IMG/VR virus record: IMGVR_UViG_3300017766_004882
Span: 1-26,599 of that record
Reading direction: 5' to 3' (one strand)
Source of the DNA: a virus
Taxonomy: Duplodnaviria; Caudoviricetes
Length of the DNA stretch: 26,599 bases
The position numbers and the translations under genes are program-made. Position 1 is the first letter of the stretch; every line of letters starts with the position of its first letter. Of this stretch, positions 1-8,268 are shown piece by piece. Under the pieces are notes generated by a model that did not search any database, was not told where the DNA came from, and worked only from the letters and a program-made list of their open reading frames with translations.

Positions 1-217
1 CATTTTTAAAAGTCGCTATCCCAATAAAAGTAGAAACACCACTTACATTAAGTTGAGTGACTGACGCAATGCCACCTACTACATTAATAGCATTAATAGC
101 ATTTGTTGAATCCCCTCCAGGAGATCCAGAAACGCTAGATACAACTTTTGTTGCATTTTGCTGCCCAACTCTAACTTTTATATCAGAATTTCCAACTCTT
201 ACTTGTATTCCAGACAT
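1..217 (-). CDS. Partial virion structural / fibre-like protein (N-terminal 72 codons, runs off the window)
   Basis: Not in ORF track. ATG at 217 overlaps the upstream TAA (TAATG coupling). Translates MSGIQVRVGNSDIKVRVGQQNATKVVSSVSGSPGGDSTNAINAINVVGGIASVTQLNVSGVSTFIGIATFKN with no stop. LNVSGVSTF-type motif is typical of cyanophage fibre proteins. Confidence 0.75.
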   Translation of the reverse strand, partial: MSGIQVRVGNSDIKVRVGQQNATKVVSSVSGSPGGDSTNAINAINVVGGIASVTQLNVSGVSTFIGIATFKN

Positions 218-561
218 TACCTGGTAACTCCTTCTCTTACGAGAACCATTCCTTCAATTACTCTGGATTTTACTTGTACACTATCTGTAATTACAACATC
301 ATACACATATCTACCAGGTTTTAATTGCGAAGTTTCTCCAGAAGTTAGTCCAATTGAAATTTTTCCAGAAGTACTTGGTGATATAATTGAGCTTGAGAAT
401 GTCACTGCAGAAGTACTTCCAGACCATTTTCTCATTTTAGCGGCAACAGAATAGTTAGATAAATCAAGTACAGAATTTGTTTCTGTTGCCTCTAATGTGA
501 AAGTTTGAGTAAAATCAGTACCAGCATTTACAACTAAGTTATTGACGTAAACTGCTGCCAT
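217..561 (-). CDS. Conserved virion-associated Ig-like protein (BppU N-terminal-like), 114 aa
   Basis: Beta-rich pattern LVVNAGTDFTQTFTL...GKISIGLTSGETSQLKPGRYVYDVVIT...RVIEG; perfect late promoter 23 nt upstream. Fold call is inference. Confidence 0.7.
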   Translation of the reverse strand: MAAVYVNNLVVNAGTDFTQTFTLEATETNSVLDLSNYSVAAKMRKWSGSTSAVTFSSSIISPSTSGKISIGLTSGETSQLKPGRYVYDVVITDSVQVKSRVIEGMVLVREGVTR

Positions 562-583
562 TTATTTTATAAGCTCTACTTCT

Positions 584-591
584 TATTTATA
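584..591 (-). promoter_or_regulatory. T4-type late promoter TATAAATA
   Basis: Plus strand TATTTATA at 584-591, exact gp55 consensus, intergenic, upstream of ATG at 561. Confidence 0.85.
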
Positions 592-594
592 CTT

Positions 595-759
595 TCACAT
601 TATAGTTAATAAGACTTCCTGTTGCTTTAAATATAACTTACAATAAAGTTTTGCAAATTTTTTCAATTCCTCTTGATCTAGTTCATCAATTAAACGAACA
701 TGTTTTTCATACTCAAATAATTTATCTATAGAACTTAAAGTAATTTCATCTGGATCCAT
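595..759 (-). CDS. Small helical protein, NblA-like (phycobilisome degradation adaptor) candidate, 54 aa
   Basis: Below the ORF track cutoff. MDPDEITLSSIDKLFEYEKHVRLIDELDQEELKKFAKLYCKLYLKQQEVLLTIM*. Fills the gap between two genes and overlaps the upstream gene by 14 nt. The ORF is well supported; the NblA resemblance is a by-eye alignment. Confidence 0.6.
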   Translation of the reverse strand: MDPDEITLSSIDKLFEYEKHVRLIDELDQEELKKFAKLYCKLYLKQQEVLLTIM

Positions 760-946
760 TTATCAACTCCCTCAGTAGAGATTTAATTTCTTCAATATCA
801 CTTTTCAATTTTTCTATTTCATTTTTTTGCAATTCTCTATTATTTTTTGCAATCATGTATTGATTATATGACTGAGAGTCACAATTAATTATAGCACCTG
901 ATTGTTCATCACGATATAAATTTGTATGACCTTTAACTGGAATCAT
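746..946 (-). CDS. Conserved hypothetical protein with C-terminal coiled coil, 66 aa
   Basis: V.GH.NLYRD..SGAIIN N-terminus and heptad tail EIEKLKSDIEEIKSLLRELI; TAATG coupling to vrlC. Confidence 0.8.
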   Translation of the reverse strand: MIPVKGHTNLYRDEQSGAIINCDSQSYNQYMIAKNNRELQKNEIEKLKSDIEEIKSLLRELINGSR

Positions 947-3900
947 TATGCTAAAGCAATACTTCTTAAATCTTTAAATCTTGGAGGATAAGCTTGATTT
1001 GTTCCTGACATTACTATTTTAATTATATATCCTGAGAAAGATCCAAGATTATTAGCACTAAATTCATATTCTAGGAATTGATTTTCAAAACTGTTTGGAA
1101 CAACGACATCTGGCAAACCATTATTATTTGCAGAATTAACCACATCCAAGAATCCATCCTGATTGTTATCAATTGTTAAATTATTATATCCTGGGAATAA
1201 TTCAAATGTTGGAACAACTTCACTAGAATCTGGTCTTACTAGTGCATATAAAACTCTAAAATCTGCAGAAGAATGGCGATAGGCACTTAATATTACTTTT
1301 AATGATGTTGCTGGTTGAGCAAGAGAAACTAAATTTGAAAAATAAACTGCAGAATGGGGATCGTCAAAAACACTATTAACTCTACCATCTGATGCGTAGT
1401 TTTTAATTGGTGAATTAATTCTGCTTGTTAAAAACTCAGCAGAACACTCTTTCCAAAATACCATTGGGGATAAGTTAGTATTTGATGATGCTAAATCAAG
1501 TTTTAAAGTGAAAGATTTATTTTTCAATAATGAATTCAAATATTCTTGTTCGTTAACTTTAGAGCAAACCAGTCTTGTAGATAAAAGTCTGTTTTCGACA
1601 CCAAGTTCTACTGATTCATATCCCTGATCTATAAAAGGAGTTTCTGATCCACTTACACTTGTTCCACTTACAGTTCTAATTTGACTGCTAACTGAGGTGA
1701 AGGAACCAGGATTTAGCAATGAAACGTGGGGAATAATATTTTCAAACTGAATATTTTGACTTGCACGCACATCACTACCGCCACAGGATAATTCATCATT
1801 GAAAGAAAGTTCAGGATAACCAGCAGTGCTAGTATCTGTACTTCTATCTAAACCATTTACAGATCGATCAAACTCAATATTATAACTATCAATATCAATA
1901 TTTTGTGAATTTATATTATGAGTTTTATTGATTCTTCTCAAAGATACTCCACCAAGTTCGTACTTATATACTGAAGAACCTATATCATGATCAGATACCT
2001 GTGTAGAATCAAATCCTCTTGTTAAACCTTGAATAGTACCTGCACCAACACCAGTATATTCAATTATTTCACCATCAATTTTTAAATATCCTCTATTAGT
2101 TGAATCAACAACTTTTCCTTCAAATATATCAAAATTTGATGTTGATGCCACACTAATTGTTTGTGATGAAGACAATACTGAATTTGTTAATAAAGTTGGA
2201 GGTATATCCGACTCTATATTATAAATTTGAACTTTATTTGTGCTGGAATACATTCCATGTTGAAAACTATCAACTTTAAAGAAGTTTCCAGAATAAACTC
2301 CACCCTCATTAGTGGATGATAGTATATTTGTTCCAGCGATTGCTACTGGATTTCCTGACCCATCATAATAAACTAAACTATTGATACCAACATTAAATGA
2401 CTCCCCTTGAAACTTGGATAAGTATAAAGTATCAAGACCAGAAATACCAGAAATAGTTATTACAGAATTATTTCCACCAGCTGGAGAAACATCTGCTGTT
2501 GTTATTCCAACAACATCACCGTTTGCGTATCCATTTCCAGGATTTGCAATTGTTACTGCTGAAATGCTAGATGATCCTACAGAGACACTAGTTACATTCA
2601 ATCTCAATCCTGAACCTTTTCCAGTTATATTATAAGTAGATACATTATTTGTAACTTTGTAGTTAACTCCGCCATCAGTCACCACTACCGATGAAACAGA
2701 ACTTCCAGTTCCAACAATATATCCATAATTATTTGGGTTGGATGCAGATGATATTTTTCTACCTCCAGTTAAAATTCCTATAGTATTGGAATCAAATATT
2801 GTTGAAATGCCTACAGTTACTCTTTTGGGGAAAATTGTAATTGGATTTGGTTGTAAAGTTGGAATATAATTATTACTTTCATTTAAAGTTGGATTGTGGA
2901 ATAAAACACTACCTGATTGAGATGTAAACTTTGCTTTGTAAAGTTTAAACTTCATGTCTTGATATTGATTTGCTGTCCAAATAGAACCATTTTGAGATTT
3001 AAATAAACTTCCAGTTGCAAATTGTCTAGAATATTTAACTGCTTGAGAATCTGGTAGATTTGACGTTTCAATAGTCTTTTCTCCCATCTCAGCAATCCAA
3101 ACTTCATACTGATCTGATTGTGGTGATAAAACAACAATACAATACTCTAAATTAGGTTCTAGGTATACTGGATATTCAAACGTAAATTTAGTTGCAACTG
3201 AAGCATTAGATGATGTTTGAATTTCTGAAGGATTCAATGTTACAGATTTGCCCAGAACATTTCTAGTAGGAGTCCCTAGTTCCATTGTACGGACTTCAAC
3301 TGTTACTGGAGCATTATTTGAATCTTTGCTAGCAAAAAATATGTCTACAGATGTAAGATAAACTCCACTAGAATCTTCATCTGGAACATTCCCATTATCT
3401 GCTTCCGTAGTTCCTGCAACAGTAAATGATTGAGCTAAGGGATCGTGGTATAAAGCTTGAGTTATTCTAGTATTTGTTATAATATTCCTTCTTTCCTCCC
3501 AAGTTCCTTCAGATTTATAAATTGTTTCTGCCGAAGAAATTAATTTACTTCCAGGTAAAGGAGTTTCATTTGTTGAACTACTAGTTAACTTATAAACTTT
3601 TGATCCAGTAGTAATTCTTACTGGTGGTGGGGGAATTACAAGAGGATTTCTTAGGAAGAAGGATCCTGAAAGAAATCCATTTACATCAGTTATCAATCTT
3701 AGATCTTTTACGTAAGCAACAGCTCCGCTGGTTCTCCCAACCAATTTCATTCCCTTTCTTAAATATCCTCCATATAATCCTTGAGCCTCTTCACATAGAG
3801 AATTAATATCAATATTCAGTACTTTGGAAGATGCGCTGTAACTTTCTGGTATAGATTCGGAACTAACGTATGGATTGAGAGTATATTTGAGTGATGGATC

Positions 3901-6900
3901 ATTAAAAGATCCTTCTTTATGATTTGGATATGCTACTCTAAATGACATTAGTGGGCTAGAAACTTGACCAGTTGATCCAGATTCTATTGTCATCCATCCA
4001 TCAACAGTTTCTCCAACTAAAAATGCTCTTGTTGCGCCATAATTTTGTAATGTGGAATCGCTTGAAATTTCCACAAGTTTTGGTATAAAATCAACTCCAC
4101 TATTACCATCTAAAAACTGATAGAATCTTGTGAGAGGCTTTAAATTTACTGCAGTAAATCCAGTGTTTCTAGACCTCATATAAATTTCAGATCCAGATCC
4201 TACAAATTCTTCCTGAACTGTTGTGGAAATTCTATCAGGTTGGAGGGTGAATGGGGTGAATATTGCTTGCCGCAGGGCGTTACCGCCAAAGCGGCCGCCT
4301 ATGCGGCGACCGCCGAAAAACCAGAAAGGAAAGAGCCAAAGTTGTGGAGGACGCTGAACAAACTCAACTTCTGTTCTATTAATAATTACATCTTGAAGAC
4401 GAACAGTTCTAACCCAACTATCATTTTCTGGACTTAATTTTATAGTACCGCTATAAGAAACTACATTAAATGGATTTACATTTTCTACTTTTGTAGCAAA
4501 TGATTGATTAATCCATCCAATTGACTCATATTTTAAAGTTATAGCATCGCCACTTTTTTGAACATTAGAATCAAAAAGAGAAAAATTAGTGTTTAGATCT
4601 ATAGACTCATCAGAAATGTTTTCGGATGAGACAGGTCTAAGATTTATACTATTTGATGGTCTCAATGGTCTTAGTTCACTATTAACAGGATCTACTTCAA
4701 CTGTAGACACCCTAAAATTAATTAAACTTGTATTTTTAAAGTCATCTACAAAAAATCCTGTCTTAAATCTATTCAATCCTTGAGCATCTTGGATTTGTAA
4801 TGTTTGTGTGTTTAATTCTAATAAAGAAAGTGACGTGACTCTTTCTAAATTTTCAACTCTATCTTCAATTTTACCAATATCTCTCATTGTATATCTTCTG
4901 TTATCAACTAAAGAAATTGATGCAGATTTGGTGCTATACAAATATGGTGGAAGATTTATTGATGCAATTTCCATTACATCACCTACCGTATTAGGTGCTT
5001 TTGGATCTAGTGCAGGAGTTCCTTGAAGTACCACAAAAGCACCCGACTTATCTAAAACAAGTTTATCAATTCTTGCGAGGTAAAAATCATATCCAACCAA
5101 AGCACTTTCATTTGGAGACATAATAATTTTTGGTTCATTCGCAAATACTCTTGAAGAAAAATCAAATGGCGAGGAATTTGAACCAGTGAAAACCGAAACT
5201 CTAGGTCTAAAATCTAGTACATCAGAGCAACGTATGTTAGATCTTCCAATATTTGGTATATCTGTAGAAAATCTTTCTTGGGCATAACTATTAGCGGTGT
5301 AAACATCACCAGTATCATCAGATGGGACTGAGTAATAATCAAATACCACTAAAAGTCTTCTAGATGGAGAAGACTCTCCAGATCTTCTGATAATTTTTGA
5401 ATAATCATAATATTGTTCTTTTTGCCCATTTTCTAGTGTAAATTTAGAACTTATATCTCTATATTTTCCTTTAGTGAATGATTCAATTTCAGTAATTATA
5501 TTAGACTCTTCAAATGTTACATTTTCATTTTTCAAAAATCTATTATCGTTTAAGTAAACAATTCCTAACGTATTTGCGGAAGGTTTAGATACTACTCTTA
5601 CTACTGTATTAGTCGTGCTGCCAATAATATTTTCACCTATTATTGCATTATCTGTAACGTTTACAATAGAACTGAACGTAAGTGTATCTAAAGTGGGGTT
5701 ATTGGTATCTAATGACTCATATACCGCAATAACTTTAATAACATCAGGATAGTTTAGACTTATCTCTTCATCTTGAACTCTTAATCCATAATATTTGTTA
5801 TAGATTAGACCATCATTTATAGAAGTGTTAATGCCAACACCAGATTGTGAATTTTTTGAATAGATTATATTAATTGTTTTAGATCTATTAAACTGCTTTA
5901 TTTTGCTTTGAATGTTATTTTTAACAAATGTTGCATTTATAGCAGAAATTGTTCTATTTTGAATTTGTGAAAAAGTTACTTGTGAAGAATCTAGACTTAT
6001 TGAAACCTTATCTGAGGTTAAATTTTCAATAGTACCATCGTTATAAAAAATAGAATATCTTTCTTCATCAAATGCTTCAAATTTTGCAGATATTGAGTTT
6101 ATTCCTAAATTGAAGTTTCCTGTATTTACTGTTAGGGTATTGGATGCTACTGTTGGTGTAAAAGATGTATTTGTTTGTGCAGAAAAAGTTATAGTTGAAT
6201 TGCTTAAATTTACAGAAGATACATTAGAATCTGGCAATTGTGCGTATAAAAATCCCTCATTTTCATTTTGAATGGTTGGGACTCCAATAGAATAATTGCC
6301 ACTATATTGAGAATTTGGTAAAGATCCATCACAGACTCCAGATACACTACTTACTCCTGATAGAGTTATTGAGTTTAATCCTGGAGATATAGAAATAATT
6401 CTATTATAAACTTCGGTTGAAATTCCAGCTCTTTGATATCTAATTATACTATCCGTTTTTATACCTGTGAAGGATGCAGGTGATGATACTGTTGCTGTAC
6501 TAATTCCACCACTTTCTGCACTTATTGTAATAATTTCTTGTCGTGAAATTCTATTAAGTTGAGTATCAGATAAAAATGGAATATTAAATCCAGAAATAGA
6601 AGTTGGTTGATGTACTGATTTAATGTCATCAACACCATAAATTTTAATTGCAGAAATAGTTCTAGATGGAACTTCAACTCCATTTATTAAAATTTTCTCT
6701 CCTACAGAAAATGATCCAGATGTTTGATTAATTCTAATACTATTAGAATTATTGCCTGCAGAAACTGCGTATCCACTAGCACCACTACTTATTCCTTTAA
6801 TAAAGGAAGTTACAGGTAAATCAACAGAGGAAACAGTTTGATTTAGTGTTAATTCTGTATATGTTTGAACATCATATAAGTACAGGTCCCAATTTGTTGC

Positions 6901-8265
6901 TGCATTGGAATATGCTGCATCAGTTACGGTTATATTGTAAACTCTAGCTGAACCTATTGTTGTTCCTGCAGAAACTGTAGTGCTATCTTTTCTTCTATTT
7001 TGTAAATATACAACTTCTTTTTGTTTTGGAGATCCTGTAACATTATTAATTCTTAATAAATTTCCCATCTGAAAGGGAATATTTACAGATGAAACAGTTT
7101 CCGTAGTTCTTGGTTTATTTACATCAATAATTTCTACTCCAGCTTTTTCAATATCATATCCCTTTACATATGCTTTTCCTGGAGAAATCTTTAAACACAT
7201 CAAATCATCAGATGGAGTATTTCCTTGATTAGTTTTTTCAGTATCAAAAAATAATCCATCATTTCCAATTCTATTATTCACCGAATCATTAACTGAAATT
7301 TGAAAAGGAGTAACAGAATAGTTCCCAGATTCATCATATGTTCTTTGTGCAAGATAATCTCTTATGAGAGAATAACTAGTTTTATTTTCTACTTTTTGTA
7401 TTCCACCAGATCTAACTCTTAAAAGTTCTACAAAATCAATATCATTAGTATCAGTTAGAAGTTTCTTAGATAGCGTTAAAGTAATTTTAAATCTATCTGC
7501 TCCAGGAGCGGCGTAATTAGTAAACCCTCTAGCATTATCATATAAAGAAGGATCATCATTAGGTGTAATAATTTCTTCAGTTATAGACAAACCAACCCTA
7601 TATGATGGTGTATTACTATAATAATCTAAAATAATTGTTTGTTTTGGAACTCTAACAAAAGTTCCTCGGATAAAGTAAACCCCTTCTCCAATAGAGGCAG
7701 CTGAACCTATCTCAGTTGAATTTGAAGATATAGTAGAGGCAAAGGGTGTTCCTGCAGTAATTACATTGCCACTAGAACCAAATGATATTGATTCAGTGGA
7801 ATAAAGTAGCTCATTATCACTAAATGGATTTATTTCAAAATTTGTATCTGAATTGTTATACTTAACATATAAAGTTACATTTTCTACTTCAGAATTTATT
7901 ATCTGTACATATCTGACTGTAGCACTAACTCCAGATGATTGTCCTATTATTTGTTTTCCTACATACTGTTCAACATATTGTTGAATATCTAAACCATATT
8001 GATTATTGTTTAACTTTACCGCATAAAATTGATTATCAAAAATTATATTTCCTGGGATCACCATAGATCCATCTTGGAAAATATGACTGCCAAATGTTTC
8101 TATCTGGTTTTGCAATATAGACTGTAGAGTATTTAACTCTCTAGCTTGTATTGGTTTTCCTGGATTGAATAATAATTTATAGTAATTTTTGTCCCTAGCT
8201 CCAACACCATCCTCAAAAAAATCATCAAAGTATGGACTTATATTAAGATTAGTTTTTTGTGCCAT
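946..8265 (-). CDS. vrlC: VrlC-like (DUF4815) large virion structural protein, 2439 aa
   Basis: N-terminal PYFDDF...LFNPGKPIQARELNTLQSILQNQ, APGADRFKI, RTYDESGNY, RRYTMRDIGKIEDR, DPLAQSF, GSLFKSQNGSIW motifs; position directly after gp8 as in cyanomyoviruses. Confidence 0.88.
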   Translation of the reverse strand: MAQKTNLNISPYFDDFFEDGVGARDKNYYKLLFNPGKPIQARELNTLQSILQNQIETFGSHIFQDGSMVIPGNIIFDNQFYAVKLNNNQYGLDIQQYVEQYVGKQIIGQSSGVSATVRYVQIINSEVENVTLYVKYNNSDTNFEINPFSDNELLYSTESISFGSSGNVITAGTPFASTISSNSTEIGSAASIGEGVYFIRGTFVRVPKQTIILDYYSNTPSYRVGLSITEEIITPNDDPSLYDNARGFTNYAAPGADRFKITLTLSKKLLTDTNDIDFVELLRVRSGGIQKVENKTSYSLIRDYLAQRTYDESGNYSVTPFQISVNDSVNNRIGNDGLFFDTEKTNQGNTPSDDLMCLKISPGKAYVKGYDIEKAGVEIIDVNKPRTTETVSSVNIPFQMGNLLRINNVTGSPKQKEVVYLQNRRKDSTTVSAGTTIGSARVYNITVTDAAYSNAATNWDLYLYDVQTYTELTLNQTVSSVDLPVTSFIKGISSGASGYAVSAGNNSNSIRINQTSGSFSVGEKILINGVEVPSRTISAIKIYGVDDIKSVHQPTSISGFNIPFLSDTQLNRISRQEIITISAESGGISTATVSSPASFTGIKTDSIIRYQRAGISTEVYNRIISISPGLNSITLSGVSSVSGVCDGSLPNSQYSGNYSIGVPTIQNENEGFLYAQLPDSNVSSVNLSNSTITFSAQTNTSFTPTVASNTLTVNTGNFNLGINSISAKFEAFDEERYSIFYNDGTIENLTSDKVSISLDSSQVTFSQIQNRTISAINATFVKNNIQSKIKQFNRSKTINIIYSKNSQSGVGINTSINDGLIYNKYYGLRVQDEEISLNYPDVIKVIAVYESLDTNNPTLDTLTFSSIVNVTDNAIIGENIIGSTTNTVVRVVSKPSANTLGIVYLNDNRFLKNENVTFEESNIITEIESFTKGKYRDISSKFTLENGQKEQYYDYSKIIRRSGESSPSRRLLVVFDYYSVPSDDTGDVYTANSYAQERFSTDIPNIGRSNIRCSDVLDFRPRVSVFTGSNSSPFDFSSRVFANEPKIIMSPNESALVGYDFYLARIDKLVLDKSGAFVVLQGTPALDPKAPNTVGDVMEIASINLPPYLYSTKSASISLVDNRRYTMRDIGKIEDRVENLERVTSLSLLELNTQTLQIQDAQGLNRFKTGFFVDDFKNTSLINFRVSTVEVDPVNSELRPLRPSNSINLRPVSSENISDESIDLNTNFSLFDSNVQKSGDAITLKYESIGWINQSFATKVENVNPFNVVSYSGTIKLSPENDSWVRTVRLQDVIINRTEVEFVQRPPQLWLFPFWFFGGRRIGGRFGGNALRQAIFTPFTLQPDRISTTVQEEFVGSGSEIYMRSRNTGFTAVNLKPLTRFYQFLDGNSGVDFIPKLVEISSDSTLQNYGATRAFLVGETVDGWMTIESGSTGQVSSPLMSFRVAYPNHKEGSFNDPSLKYTLNPYVSSESIPESYSASSKVLNIDINSLCEEAQGLYGGYLRKGMKLVGRTSGAVAYVKDLRLITDVNGFLSGSFFLRNPLVIPPPPVRITTGSKVYKLTSSSTNETPLPGSKLISSAETIYKSEGTWEERRNIITNTRITQALYHDPLAQSFTVAGTTEADNGNVPDEDSSGVYLTSVDIFFASKDSNNAPVTVEVRTMELGTPTRNVLGKSVTLNPSEIQTSSNASVATKFTFEYPVYLEPNLEYCIVVLSPQSDQYEVWIAEMGEKTIETSNLPDSQAVKYSRQFATGSLFKSQNGSIWTANQYQDMKFKLYKAKFTSQSGSVLFHNPTLNESNNYIPTLQPNPITIFPKRVTVGISTIFDSNTIGILTGGRKISSASNPNNYGYIVGTGSSVSSVVVTDGGVNYKVTNNVSTYNITGKGSGLRLNVTSVSVGSSSISAVTIANPGNGYANGDVVGITTADVSPAGGNNSVITISGISGLDTLYLSKFQGESFNVGINSLVYYDGSGNPVAIAGTNILSSTNEGGVYSGNFFKVDSFQHGMYSSTNKVQIYNIESDIPPTLLTNSVLSSSQTISVASTSNFDIFEGKVVDSTNRGYLKIDGEIIEYTGVGAGTIQGLTRGFDSTQVSDHDIGSSVYKYELGGVSLRRINKTHNINSQNIDIDSYNIEFDRSVNGLDRSTDTSTAGYPELSFNDELSCGGSDVRASQNIQFENIIPHVSLLNPGSFTSVSSQIRTVSGTSVSGSETPFIDQGYESVELGVENRLLSTRLVCSKVNEQEYLNSLLKNKSFTLKLDLASSNTNLSPMVFWKECSAEFLTSRINSPIKNYASDGRVNSVFDDPHSAVYFSNLVSLAQPATSLKVILSAYRHSSADFRVLYALVRPDSSEVVPTFELFPGYNNLTIDNNQDGFLDVVNSANNNGLPDVVVPNSFENQFLEYEFSANNLGSFSGYIIKIVMSGTNQAYPPRFKDLRSIALA

Positions 8266-8268
8266 TTT

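Noticed and set aside
4240-4437. Plus-strand 65-aa ORF across the GC patch
   Set aside because: Openness is explained by the lack of T on that strand; non-ATG start and no promoter evidence.
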